Numbered from the stretch's first letter, positions 1 through 13,021 are shown. The stretch: 64,000 nucleotides of DNA from Podarcis vaucheri (GCA_965113315.1 OZ220368.1), one strand, 5' to 3'. Made by a program: numbers and translations. The notes: generated from the letters alone by a model not told the origin.

Positions 1-811
1 AGCCACACCCTTCCGCTAACTTAACCAGCGAGCAGCTCCAGGGTAGTTTGCGGAGCGTTGTGAATTTACATCCACTCAAGATCCCGGGACCCCAAAATCG
101 TTTTCATTCCACCTCATCTCACCTCCGCTAGGAAGTCTGTTCCTCTTGGCTGCATTTGTTCCATTGACATCAGATTACAAAGTAGCTTTCGATTTTCAGA
201 CATGCTAATTTACATACAAATATCATTATTTTTTAATCCTCCCCCCCCCAACCCCGACCAGCATTAAGACAATCATTGTACGGTTTAAGTGCTTGTTTTC
301 ACTACTTGTCATTGAAATGTTTTAAACTCTTCTCCCCAAACCGCACTTTCATTTGCCAGTCTGTTTAAAAAGTATCTTAATATTCGCTTGGTACTTTCAT
401 TTGTGCTAATTTTAATTCTTGTCAAAAATTATTAAAACCATCCTAACCTTAAACAAATAAATACAGTAAAGCACAACAAATGTCAAAGACTTAAGAGTCT
501 AAATATTTCTTATCAGCAGGGTTTTGTTTTGTTTTTTTAAAAAATGCTTCTGTGTGTATATGTGTCAAGTCTAATTACAAGTTGAATGGAATGCAGTATA
601 TTAAATCTTTCATTCATTTGGCCTGGAATTCACCTCAGAAATGTTCTGCTAATCAAATGCTCGGTTTGGGGAGTTTGTGTGTACGTGTGTAGAATAAGGG
701 AAATACAATCAATTTTGGTATTTTAAAGAGCAGTTGTGAAGGAAGTGGTTATAATGTTTACTTCCACTTTTGAGCGTTCATTGCCACTGAACTAATTTTA
801 TATGCTTACAG

Positions 812-871
812 CCTTTTATGTCACCAAGATACGCAGGAGGTCCCCGGCCCCCAATCAGAATGGGAAATCAG
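812..871 (+). CDS. SSBP3: SSBP3 internal exon ([20 protein letters not shown]), first exon in window
   Basis: AG at 810-811, GT at 872-873; 60 nt, phase 0/0; translation matches recalled SSBP3/SSDP1 Pro/Gly-rich region. Confidence 0.95.
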
Positions 872-1284
872 GTATTGTATTTCTTCAGTATTCACAGCTA
901 AAGCACGATTGAGGCTTTAGATGTTTATTCTTTCATTCATGTACTTTTTAACACTGGGGTTGCAATGAGTTACCACACACAGACAAACATACACTCATTT
1001 CTTAAAGGGGGGGGGGTTGTAAAGCTCTCAGATGATCTTTTGCCCACAAGATAATAAATGCATATATGTAGTAAATAGTGGGAGCTTGAGGGCAGAAGGA
1101 TGTCCTGTCTGTAGCCAGCTTGTCATTTGTAAGTGGAGTTCATGCAAACCAGATTGTAAGATGTGCACAGAAGATTTACCGACTCTCAAAAAAAATCTGC
1201 CATCCTATTGAGTGTCATGCTTTTCTGGCCTTTCTTGACCAATGATCACATTAAATTCCTCTTTGAAATTGCTGCAGGAGGCTA

Positions 1285-1525
1285 GAACATAACAAGAACT
1301 CTGTTGGATTAGACCAAAGGCTTATCTAGTTTCAGCATCCTGTTTCCCACAGCAGCCAACTAGAGATGCCTCTTGGGGAAACCCACAAGGAGGACATGAG
1401 GGCAGAAACTCTCCCTCCTGCTGCGGTTTCCCAGCAACTAGAATTCAGAGACATTGTGCCTCCGTTCCTGGAGGTAGCATAAAGCCATCACGACTAGGTA
1501 TCCCTTGAAAGCTTTGTCCTCCATA
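1285..1525 (-). mobile_element. Old CR1-like LINE 3' end
   Basis: Begins AGAACATAA (reverse complement of the TTATGTTCT tail); similar to copies at 43361-43600 and 38840-38990. Confidence 0.5.
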
Positions 1526-3174
1526 TACACTAACCACCTGCACATTTCCAAAACAATAACAATAATAAGGAATCTTGTATGCAGTTTAAATTCCTTTTTA
1601 TAACTCTGTGCAGGATTAAAAAAAAATTTATATATATAATTGTGGTTTACGTGTTGTTGTTTTTGAAAAATGTACATCCAGTGCCATCACACTCACTTAT
1701 TGCTTTGTAAGTGGACTTGCCAAAACTGGAGCAGAGAGTTATCATGTTCTTGGCTGTGTTGGATCTCACCTACCTCAGTTGCAGAGGTCCTCTGTCTATT
1801 TTGTTTGAACTGTGCATAGCTCCTTAAGGGACCCATAAAGTTATGCAGGAGTTTCACGGCACCTTAGGAGTTTCACGGCACGTTTTATGCATCACATATT
1901 TCTAAGTTTTATATCAATATATCCATTTTGGAATACCAGTTCTCTGTCTAAGTTACAGCCAACAACTCCTTTTAAGTAGTGAGGTTAAGAGGGATCTGGA
2001 CTATTTTTTTTAAAAAAAATTTTTTTAAAGAAAATGTCCAAATCGCAAACTTGCTTATAGCTAGAGAGAGAGACGATATCTGTCTTTTCTCTCCAGCTTT
2101 ATCAAAATATGGAAGGCACATTATGAAGTTGAAAGGATTTGTTGCCCAAGAAAAAAGGAATCTTCATAATCTGTTCACTTCTGTTAAGTAAGGAAGGAAG
2201 GAGAAACACTATCACCCTTGTTGATGAAATGTCATCTATGTTGGCAAACAGATAACTTTCTTTAACGCAGTGCATTTCCCAAATGTATACCCTAAAATTG
2301 CACTGGCATCAGTAGCATTTCATTCAAGGACCTTCACTGTGAGACTCAGGCTGCATATGGATGACAGCTTTTAAAAAAATGAAGATATATGATAGATTCA
2401 TAAGGAATGGGATTTGCACATGTGGGCATCTGCAGGGAGGATAAGGAGAGTATCAAACCCCCCACCCACCCACCTGATAAGCCTTCTTCCCTGGATTCCA
2501 AGTTTTCATTACAAAAAGAAGTGGAGGGGAAGCAAGTCTTCAGCCCTTGTTGAACCTGAAATATGAGGCAAAATATGCAGGTGCTACTCTGCTCATTTGT
2601 TTTGTTAAAAAAATATATGAGCCTGTTCCTCTTTCTGTATTTTTAGCCAATGAATGAAGGCATAGCAATGACTGATGTTTAGGAAAGCAGATCTAGCCAA
2701 TTAGGCAAGAGAGAAATGGTATATTTAAGAAACTTCCTGGCTTATTTTAAAGCTTTTGTTTTTCTCCAGTGAGGAAGTCATTGTTGTCGAATTGGGGGGG
2801 GGGTCAGGTACCTAGGCGTTAATGTAGCTGAGACTGGAGTAAAGGTACCCCAAACCAAAAGGTAGCAGCAAAGATGGAAGTTCATGATCTTTCTAACTTG
2901 GGTCTTATTTCACCCCCCCCCCAAAAAAAAGTGATACCCCGTGAGTTTGTAACCCGTAGACTCAGCTATGCAGCTGCAAATGTGTTGGGAAGTGCAATAC
3001 ACTAGACACTAGATGACAACTGTGAGCTATAGCAAATTCAATGTATTTTTCAAAAGGATTTTTTTTTTTAAAAAAAGCAACATTTTCACAACATTTAAAA
3101 AATGCATGCAGATTCTACCCTGATCAAAACTTACCCTGCCAGTGCAGATAAACTCCATCACCGTTGTAGCTATA

Positions 3175-3560
3175 TATGTTTATTTATAAAGATTTAAATA
3201 TAACTTTTCACTTCCAAAGTGGTCCCAAAGCAGTTTACAGTAAAAATAAATATAAACCTAGTGATAAAACAAAGCAGTCCACACACTAAAACCTGCAGTA
3301 ATGGAGGCTATAGTGTACTAAAACTCCAGAGCAGATTCAACCAAGCCCTCCAAAAACCTGGGAGGGCAGTTGTTTATGTCAAAGAAGGCCCTGAATGGCA
3401 TGGCTTCTAAGTGATGGTGCCATTACTGATAAGGCCCTACCCTATATCCCCACACTGTGAACAAGAAGGAGCCCCCTGAGACAATCCAAGAGCCCAGGCT
3501 GGGTGGTGTGGGTAGAAGTGCTCCATAAGATACCTAGGTCCCCATCCATTGAGGGGCTTT
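3175..3560 (-). mobile_element. Degenerate L2-like LINE 3' fragment
   Basis: TTTATTTAT start, CCCAAAGCAGTTTACA, then A-rich and GGTGCCATTACTGATAAGGCCCT motifs typical of reversed L2 tails; recognised by eye. Confidence 0.4.
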
Positions 3561-4648
3561 TGTAAGTTAGCTAGTCTCCAGTGTATGCATTTTCAATATG
3601 CTTGTGGAATATATAGGTGCTTATATAAGGATGCTTATATTTAGCAGGTAACTGGAGGGGGGTGTTTGCAAAACACCCACAAACCAGATAAACACAGATG
3701 AACTTAAGGACCAAACCTAGAAGAATATTTAGCATCAAAAGAGTTGCCACAGTCAGTTAGCCCACTCAAACACCTGGAGCTATTTTACTCTGGCTTTACG
3801 GCATGAAAAGCATGATTTTTGAAAGCGCTATAGAAAAGGAGGCTTGTTTTCTGAAGAAGGCCAGGAGTGGACAAAATTACAAATTGTGTCAGTAAGCCCA
3901 TTTGGCCAAGGTAATGTAAAGGTGAAAGGCATTTCTAGAAGACCGTCAACAACTGGAAGGAAAGGACTGCTTAATCCTTCCTTCTGATTCTCCCCTAGAA
4001 ATCCCCTTTTTTCAATGGGGTTGTAGCATTCAACTATGCACACGTGAGACTCTAGGAACTGATGATAGATGAACTGGGATAAATAAGAGATATCACATAC
4101 CCATTCAGGGAATGAAGCGGAGGCCATTCTCCACCTACATGTGTATTGTGAAAATGATGTCCCATCTGTTACATTTTTCTCATACAAATAAATGGTACTT
4201 TTAAAAATGCTGCTTTTTTCATTCTGCTCCCTCTGCCATACCTACCTTTCACTGTTGGCTTAGGGGAAAGTCGGCCAAGAATAACTGGAATGGGGGGGGG
4301 GAGTTTTCCTGTTCCTTTTTGAAGGAGGATTTCTAGGGAAGATTAAGCCTATCCTCGAATCAACCAGGTTTCCTCTGCAGACAACCACACAATGGCAATA
4401 TGAGACAAATGCAGGGCTTATAGCATAAGGGGGCTGTTCTACCCTCACCCTTGTCGGTAAATTGACCCATTTCCTTGAAGTCTAATGCTTTTGGGTATAG
4501 ATATAAAAGCAGCTGAGCCAAAAGGGCCTTCAGCCCATGACTGGTTTTTCTAATTGCAGCAGCAAATGTAACAAAGCAATATTGATAATTGTACTGTGCA
4601 TCTCCCAAGTATTTGATTTCCTCAAAATTGTTTCATTTCCCCCCATAG

Positions 4649-4715
4649 CCTCCAGGGGGTGTTCCTGGTACACAGCCCTTGCTGCCCAACTCAATGGACC
4701 CCACACGACAACAAG
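4649..4715 (+). CDS. SSBP3: SSBP3 exon (PPGGVPGTQPLLPNSMDPTRQQG)
   Basis: ccccatag|CCT...CAAG|gtaaat; 67 nt, ends phase 1. Confidence 0.95.
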
Positions 4716-4829
4716 GTAAATGTGATTCGGCTTGTCTGCAGGTGCTCTTTCCCCTTGGCCTATCCTTTCACCAAGTGCATTACTCTCCAGTAATAAAGTA
4801 ACATCTTCCTGTCTCTCTTCTCTCGCTAG

Positions 4830-4906
4830 GGCATCCCAACATGGGAGGGCCAATGCAAAGGATGAATCCTCCACGAGGAATGGGGCCCATGGGTCCAGGT
4901 CCACAG
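4830..4906 (+). CDS. SSBP3: SSBP3 exon (HPNMGGPMQRMNPPRGMGPMGPGPQ)
   Basis: Pyrimidine tract plus ctag|GG...CAG|gtaaaa; 77 nt, phase 1/0. Confidence 0.95.
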
Positions 4907-7654
4907 GTAAAACCTGGGCAGAGCATTTCCTACCCTGTCCAGTGCCAAACAATAGCTTTGCTACTTTATGAAGTTAGCGAGCAAAACATCATAAAAGCAG
5001 CCTCTGGGAGCTTGAAGAGCTAGGAGCACTTCCATTCCTCCCAAACCTTTTCTTCCTCACCATTAGCGATAATGCATTTTACATTAGTGTGTTTACATGT
5101 GTCTGGATGGGGGCGGGGGGGGGGGAATCCCACCTTCCAACATCTAGTTATGGCTTCAGAAGTGAACATCCTCATATCACGTACTTCACGTGCTCACCTG
5201 CTCCCACCTTCCATCTTTGCTCTTTTCATCCAAATGGGCAAACTCCGGTTTAATTGGACTCTGGTCAGGAAAGAATCTTACAACTTGAGATGCTAACCCT
5301 TAGGTGGGGTGGGGGTTTTGTGGGTACAATGCTGAATTTATTTCACTTAATTGTGTTGTTGTTGTTGTTTTTTTTGAATAATAAAATTTGCTGCAGTTTA
5401 TTCTGCGCTTTATAGCACCGGCAGACACCCTATCGACTATGCAGGTCGACCCAAAAGGTGCTGGCTTTTTCTTTTCTTTTTTGCTGCACAGCAAAGTGTA
5501 CATGATGTCCATACTTCGCATTTACTACATACTGCAGGAGGAATGATGGAGGGAAGAGGAGGGCTGACAAGTTACTTCTCAGATGCATGCCATGGGCCAA
5601 TCATGGCCCGTATCTGCTTTTATACAGCTCTGCTTCAGTCTTGGATCCCAGCATTGCTACCTCTGGTGGTAGCATCCCCTCAGCAGAACTCCACTCAGGG
5701 AATGCTCCCGACGTTGTAGGAGGTGGCATTCACCTACTCACCCCTTCCTTCTGCAGCCCCTTGCATCTCCCTAAAATCGGCTCTGGAGGGTTGGAGGCTC
5801 TCTGGGACAGGGGGAAAGGGTTGTGGGGGAGAGAGAGAACACAGCAAAAAGCTCCTTCCCCACTTCCTCTTCTGGATCAAGTACCTTCTGAGGACGGAAG
5901 GAACAATTCAGTTAGTGGGAACAATTCTGTTAGTTGAATCCGTACCTCAGGGTTTGACCCTTAAGGATCTGGACAACTTCGTAGGCTGCCTAGAAAGCCA
6001 TTGCTCCTAGATACCTAATTCTGTTGCAATATGTCTGTTTTGTGGGTTCTGTTGGGACTGAGCCAACAGATCAGTGTGAGAAGCTTCCAAGGGGACAGAT
6101 GGAGTCAGATGGTGAAGAGAGAGAGATACAAGGTCCTCTCTCCAGTCTCTCGGCTGGTCCACTTTTTGTGCCATGGTTGGATCAGGTTATTGAGGTGCAT
6201 GATGCATATTTACTTGTTATAAATAAGTGTTGATGGATGGTACTGAGGAATGTGCATCTCTTCTTTCACAGGCTTGCCGCTTCCCTGTGGAGCTTCCTTT
6301 GCAATCCTGCTCTCTCCTTGTTCTCTTAGCATGCATCTTCCTGAAACCTGACAAGCTCAGATACCTCTCTTTGCTTTCTCATATTAAACTTTAGGGACAT
6401 TCAGGCCAGATTTTCCTTGACTTGGGGTAGTTACAGATGATCATTTAACTCATGGTCTCTTAAAGCATTGCTCATGTAACCATATGGAAAGCCTGGTCAT
6501 TAGTAATACTCAGCTATACAGTGAGGCTTTTCTGTAGCGTCCAATCCAATAGACTGAGGCACCCGTATCACATGGTTTGATACTAGAGATGACCAGCTTG
6601 CCACATGTGCACTTCAGAAAACAGTTGCAGGGGAACCATAACCAGTGGCCACATTTTAGTGAGGTCCCTTGCACTTTCTGAAACTTCTTTTGGGATTAGC
6701 TATCTGTGCAGTGGCTCAGTTCAGACAGCCTTCCAAGCCATGATTATGGTTCAGTGTTTGAAGGAACAGCATAGAAAACCAACTACAGATTCGACACCAG
6801 AACCCCAGCACACCATGAGTCCCTCACTAAAACTGATACTAAGAAAATGTCAGCATACCAAGGGATGTATTAACAGGGCCTAGTACACGTCAGAAAAGCG
6901 GCTTGCTTCTTTCCCTCCCATCTCCCCTGTCATTTTTACTAATACTATCAGGTTTGTCAATTTCAGCAACTGTGAAATCGTAATCATTTAAAGTGTTGAA
7001 CTACCACTTTAAAAGGGGGGACGTGCATAAAACGTTTCCTTGGGTTTCCTTGCAAATCACTTTCATCCAGTAATACCCTGTGAAGTTCTTTGGATCTGCA
7101 GCTGCAGCAAAAGTGTTGACCCTTACAAACACCATTCCTAGGGAGCCACCTGTGATAAGTCAGCCCAGCACTTAAGGTTCTGCTGCTATTACCAGATTAA
7201 CCTCAGGGTCAGCAAGTGTAAGGAGAAGGCTTTAAGTCAGACCATCTGTTTTCAGGCTAGGACTGCCAATAGCTGAGCAGGAGGCATACGCAAGTGCAGA
7301 AGGAGGGCTTAGACTTGGAGAAAGTGGGCAGAATAATAGTTGCCTGCTATTAGGAACAACTTTACTCGAAGGGTCTTGATAACTCTGTGACAGCATCGTT
7401 GCAAAGAAAACAATTGGAACAGGTGCAGTATGAGCCCACGTTTCAATCTTCTGCATCTAATTTACACAAATTAATCCTGTTTATCATAATACATCAGCCT
7501 TCGTCTACCCAGGAACTTCAAGTTGTTGTCCATTTGCCCCGGCCAGCATGACCAATGATCAGGAATGGCCGAAATTGTAGTCTGGAGACCCCCAGGTTTG
7601 GAAAGGCTGTGCAGCATAGCATCTGAAGGAGAGTGCAAAAGAGGAAGATAAATA

Positions 7655-7935
7655 CCGTATTTTTCGCTCTATAAGACACACTTTTTTCCCTCCTAAAAAG
7701 TAAGGGTAAATGTGTGTGCATCTTATGGAGCGAATGCAGGCTGCACGGCTATCCCTGAAGCCAGAACAGCAAGAGGGATTGCTGTGCAGCAATCCCTCTT
7801 GCTGTTCTGGCTTCAGGGATAGCTGCGCAAAGCCTCTTAAACAACATTTGATTCAGAATTTTTTCTTCTTCTTGTTTTCCTCCTCTAAAAACTAGGTGCA
7901 TCTTATGGTCCGTCTTATAGAGCGAAAAAATATGG
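7655..7935. mobile_element. Tc1/mariner-pogo-type MITE with internal perfect palindrome
   Basis: TIRs CCGTATTTTTCGCTCTATAAGAC / GTCTTATAGAGCGAAAAAATATGG; TA on both flanks (7653-54, 7936-37). Confidence 0.85.
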
Positions 7936-10191
7936 TAACTGAACTTCTTGATACTGGTGCAAAGTATGAACTTGTCCATTAGAACGCCAGTTGAAGCCAC
8001 ACACCTCCAGGAAAGCAAGAGAAAAAAGAAAGAAAGTTGCTTGCATCACATAATCATTCCGGCAAGCTTAGATTCCAATAGCTTTGTTATCTATTTTAAT
8101 GGTCTGGCACTGTTAGTGATGGGTACAAAGCTCTTAATAGTCCCTGATGTGTTATTATAACAGCTTGCATCTGTTATAGTTGTGTCAGCCAAACAAAGAC
8201 TGCTTCAAAACTTTTGGATGTGCTGTACATCTTGGACAAGCCATGTGCTTGCCATCCCCACCAAGGGGCGTACTTAAGAGTGATTTCATTCCATTGGCGT
8301 TGTAGTTACGTAGGCATCTGCCGTGGTTGAATTTGCAGCTGTTGTTAAGTTGTAGGTGCATGGAGTCTTTCTAAAGCCACACATGAAATGTGTGTAGATG
8401 AGCATTCCCTGTGTCTAGCTCTTGTTTACCTTGCTGTGGGTGCGGAGTTGTGGGGGGGGGGAGTCATTTTTCGTCCCTTTGGTGCTTGCTTCTCATTCCA
8501 AAATAGCATTGGTCCCTGTTCCCAGCCAATAAGAGTTTAAACATGTCATTAATGAAAGTGTGGGGAAGGAGCTGTCCCACTTGTCCTGTGTTACCTGAAG
8601 TTAGCGAGGCAGGTGAAGCTCTTTGATTTGCTTTTTTTTTTTTTAATGGGGATTGTGACTATCCAGGTTGCCTAGCATTCAGCCAAGCAGTCTGTTTGCT
8701 TGCCAGGAGTATGGACTGTACTGATCGGCTAATGATCAGCAGATCCGTTGCCAGCTGTGGCTGCCCTCTGTCAGGAGAAATGGAAGGCGCCAAAGTGTTC
8801 CATTCAAGAGTTGAGGGTTCCTGAGAAACCCTTGCAACAAAATCACAGCAGAGCTCTGCCTCGTGTTCAGCGAGCAGCTCTTCCGAGAGGGTATAAACAG
8901 TATGTAAGCCAGTTGCCATTTTGCTTTAAACTCTTTTCAAAGAGGAACCCGCTTTGAACCACCTCTCTGCTTTGTGCAGTCTACATCAGGCCCTGCAGGG
9001 CAGCCATGTTTGGAGGGGAGCCAATCAGCCAGCCAAGTGTCAGCTGTCTTTCAGGAACCAAGAAAATCGGAATCCATAGCCGCCGACTTTAGATCTAGAT
9101 TTATGACTTCAGAGAGGTGGGAAGGAAGCGGCTTCTTCAGGTGTTTCAGCAAGTGCTCACATGTAGACTTCCACAATAAGCTGCCTTTTCATCCCCAGCC
9201 CTTAATCGTTAGCTTTCCGTGGGCTTCGCAGCTGTGACAGATTGGCGCCCTTTCTGTCAGATTTCATCTTTTAGATCTCCTTTGCGAAACAAGTGGGACC
9301 TAGTACAGTTCTGTAGTATCTCTCTGGTGCACAGAAGTGAATTTGTGCTCTAACTTTGGTCTGTGTTGGGGGAACCGAAAGTGTTTGCCAGCCGTGCTTA
9401 ATGGGAGAGAAATGACATTTTCTAGCCTAAGAATTGTCTTCTCTTTCTTGTGCATGAACACCAGTAAAGATTTGCGCCGTTTTGTGACTGGCCAGCTTTG
9501 CTGTTTTGTAACCGAATGCTCTTTACTTAGAAGCTGTTGCAAACCTTTGTGCTGTCACTATTCCCCTTTCTGAACACCCCATCACGTGCTCATTGCCTTG
9601 TCTTCCTTAAAGCAGAATCTTTCTCTCTTCTGCCCACCCCACCCTACATTTTCTCCTGCTTCTTTCCATGCAATTCTCCCACCACAACACTAAGCAAGGA
9701 ATCTTAATTCTTTCATGTCTACCTCCCCCGTTTGGCTTCCTGTGACAAGCCTCTCTTTTTTGGTTTTGTTTGTTTGTGTTTATTACCTTTCAAGATAACC
9801 ATCTTACATACCCTTTAGGTGCAGCTACTGCTTCCTTGATGACCAGCATTGGCCAGTGCTAGAAGCCTTAGCCCACTGGGCATTCCTGGTACACTCCTAC
9901 CATGAGATGGGAATTTGGGTGGCTTCTAAGATTTTCTTCCCCACTCCCTCTTTAAAAAATAATCCTTTGCCTGGTCAAAGAGCAAATTGAGAGATACCGC
10001 CGTCCTGTTTTACTTTTTCAAAGTAAACAATTTTGCCTATATGTTCATTATCATCATCTTTTCTTTTCTTTTTTAATTAAAGTTCATTTTCACAAACTAA
10101 CCCTCTCGTTTTTGTTTGTTTTTTTCCTTTCTCTTTTCTTCTCCGGTTTCCCTTCTCGTTATGGTAGACTGATCCTTGGTTATCATTGCAG

Positions 10192-10256
10192 AACTATGGC
10201 GGCGGAATGAGACCTCCACCCAACTCTCTAGGGCCCGGCATGCCTGGGATTAACAT
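10192..10256 (+). CDS. SSBP3: SSBP3 exon (NYGGGMRPPPNSLGPGMPGINM); alternative acceptor at 10168 adds TDPWLSLQ
   Basis: tgcag|AAC...AACAT|gtaagg; 65 nt, phase 0/2; upstream in-frame AG at 10166-10167. Confidence 0.93.
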
Positions 10257-10379
10257 GTAAGGCACCTGCCACGCTGCTGGCTTTCTGTTGACGTTCTTAC
10301 AATTCTAGATGTGGAAATCATTTTGGTTTCACGTTGTCACTCTGTACATGCTGAAGGCTTGTTTTCTCTCAAACTCCAG

Positions 10380-10428
10380 GGGTCCAGGAGCTGGTAGACC
10401 ATGGCCCAATCCCAACAGCGCTAATTCA
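10380..10428 (+). CDS. SSBP3: SSBP3 exon (GPGAGRPWPNPNSANS)
   Basis: ctccag|G...TCA|gtaagt; 49 nt, phase 2/0. Confidence 0.95.
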
Positions 10429-11751
10429 GTAAGTGTCCATTTATTTGAATGCCTTTGTTCTTGCAAACTTGGCCCTCATAATTTAGATTTCCTGTAGGAC
10501 TTGAATTCCTCTCATTTGCCGTCTTCTGGCATTCTTCTGTAGGGGTGAGATGGGACATCCAAACTAACTAGGCCCACACTGCAGCCACCATTCCAGTCTC
10601 CTTTCATGAGTTGGAGGGAGTCTCCTGTACACATGGGTCCCGCTTTCCAACCATAATGTGTTGCTGAGAAATGGCTTGTTAGGCGAGCATTCGCATAATG
10701 AGCCAATCATTTCCTTTGTTTTCTATTGGGAAATCCCATTGCATTCCCTGATAAAACAAGGCAACAGGAGAAACACCACATTTTCCTACTGTATATCTAC
10801 ACCAGCATGGTCTCTCCACCCCGTCACCCTCCCCCAGTTCTTCCTCTATCTCTGATAAGTTCTACCGGCCTGCCCCTTTTCTTCCCGTTTTTGAACCAGT
10901 TCCACTCCCCTTGCCTGAATCTAACCAGTGAGTTAGTTGGTCAACAAAGTCACTGCATGAGCCCGCGAGGACAGCCAAGGGAAGGCCTGTGGGGCTGAGC
11001 TGAGGAGCTTCCTTCGCTGGTACAGCCGCCACCTCTTTCTCCTCCTTTTTTCACCCTCCTCTGGCACTGAGGCCTAGGCCAAGAGTGAAGCCTATGATGA
11101 GGCTGAGGCTGGCATCAGCACCAACTCCTCTTCTTCCTCCACCAGCTACTGCAGTGACAAAACTCACTCGCTCAGCCCTGGAGGAAGCCAAGGTCCTCCT
11201 CTCTTTCTTCATCCTTGGTGTCTCCCTCATTGTCCCAGCCACCAACCTGGCTGGAACTCTGTGGGCTTGGCACTGAAATGTTCTTCACAGCTCAGGGACT
11301 GCGACTTTGCCCCCATCTCAACGACTGAGGAAGAGGCTTTGCTTGTGGGCTCGGATACACAGTAGGAAAATGTCAGGCTCACCATTGAAAATAAAGCTCA
11401 CGATCAAGCAACACCATTCTCTCAAGTCCAGCTGTTCAGATATCTGAATCAGCCGTTTGTATAGCAAAGTTTCGGCACAACTAAGCAAATTTTTGCATAA
11501 CAAGCGTTCAGTTAGCGGGACCTGCGTGTGCTGGTAGAGACTCTTGCTTGTTTTCCAACCCCAGAATATCAGGCTTCTAAAATGGTTGGGGAACTGCCGC
11601 AAGTACAGGAATCTCCCGGCTTCAGACATTTGCCATCCAATGGCGGCCAGGGGACAGAGCTAGTGTGCTCGTTCCCACTGCCCTCCCTTGTGTGCAATCT
11701 TTTAAGAGGGTTCCTGAATCTCTGTTGAAATGTGTTGATTCCCCTTCCCAG

Positions 11752-11841
11752 CATAGCTGTCAACGTTTCCCTTTTTTTAAGGGAAATTCCCTTATTCCGA
11801 ATAGGACTCCTCGCAAGAAAAGGGATAAGTTGACCGCTATG
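11752..11841. mobile_element. 90-bp MITE (hAT-like), TIR CATAGCTGTCAAC
   Basis: 13-bp TIRs with 1 mismatch; a near-identical reverse-complement copy lies at 50699-50788. Confidence 0.8.
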
Positions 11842-12024
11842 CCCTCTCAGTGGGATGGTGGGATGTGCTCCAGTGTCCCTCTGCTCCTATCTTGGGTTCT
11901 CTGAACATTTTTTTTAAAAAAGAAAGACTGAAATTATGTTATCTGGGTTGTATGTATTGCGTCTGTCTCCTGGACACAGGTAACAGTTGTTGAGACCTCC
12001 AGGTATAGGGGGGTATATAAATTC

Positions 12025-12063
<39 letters not shown>
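12025..12063 (+). repeat. (AAT)13 microsatellite, tail of a short L2/SINE-like 3' fragment (~11940-12063)
   Basis: Perfect AAT run preceded by GAGACCTCCAGGTATAGGGGGGTATATAAATT. Confidence 0.8.
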
Positions 12064-12064
<1 letters not shown>

Positions 12065-12166
12065 TTTGTATGGACTCTTGGCCTACAGTAATCACCTGTA
12101 GGATTCATTTCCCTGTACAGTTGGTATATTTCATCAAGTAATGCCTATGCTCTGATCTTCTTGCAG

Positions 12167-12202
12167 ATTCCATACTCTTCTTCATCGCCTGGTACATACG
12201 TG
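12167..12202 (+). CDS. SSBP3: SSBP3 exon (IPYSSSSPGTYV)
   Basis: ttgcag|ATT...GTG|gtaggt; 36 nt. Confidence 0.95.
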
Positions 12203-13021
12203 GTAGGTTTATATTTCTTTATGGGTAGTGATGTGCCGGTCCACCATACGATTCGATATTTTGGTGTTTGCGTGCACACAAATAGGAATCCTGGCTCAGG
12301 ATACAAGTTCCTGCAGGGACTTGGTGCTGTGTCTTGTGTATTCGCTTCTGCGGTGAGGCCAAGAATTCTAAGAAGTCTGAGCTACATGCTTTCTGAGGAA
12401 GCCCCTTTCTGTTCCTCCAGACAATGTGAATAAAGCATGTCTGAAGCCCCCCCCCCCAGTCTTGAACATGCCTCAAAAGTAGGGAAAGAAATCCCTTAGT
12501 GACTCCAGCTGTGCGAATGATGCAGTGGTGGCGTAACTGCGTTTAAGGGGTCTTGAGAACGTATTTCTGAAGTTTCGCACGGTGATTACAATTCGCGTGT
12601 TGGCGGAGAACTTTGAATGCATACTCCTCTAATTGTTCTGGAATGAGAACGTCCCAGTGGCACATCCAAGAAGTACGTTGCAGCGTTCTAAGTTGCCCGT
12701 TTCTGTTTGCACCTTCTGCAGATGTGAAGGTTATAGAAAGACTGCCCCCTGTTAACTACCCTGGCAGATAGACTTGGTATGTGGTCCTTGCACAGATGTG
12801 CCCCCTCCCCCCGCTCCTCAGTAAAACCTTCATTTTTCCCGAGGCTTAAACAAAGAAATTGCACTTTGGCTACAAGAGTGCATCAAAGGTTTTAGCAGGA
12901 GATTAATGCTTGGCTGAATACCAAGGTGAGACATTGTTGCTGACAGCAGCAGGATCTGGCTGACCTATTGCAGGCTGTGTTATCACAGTGGTTCCTGATG
13001 TGTATTTAATCTTGTCAACAG

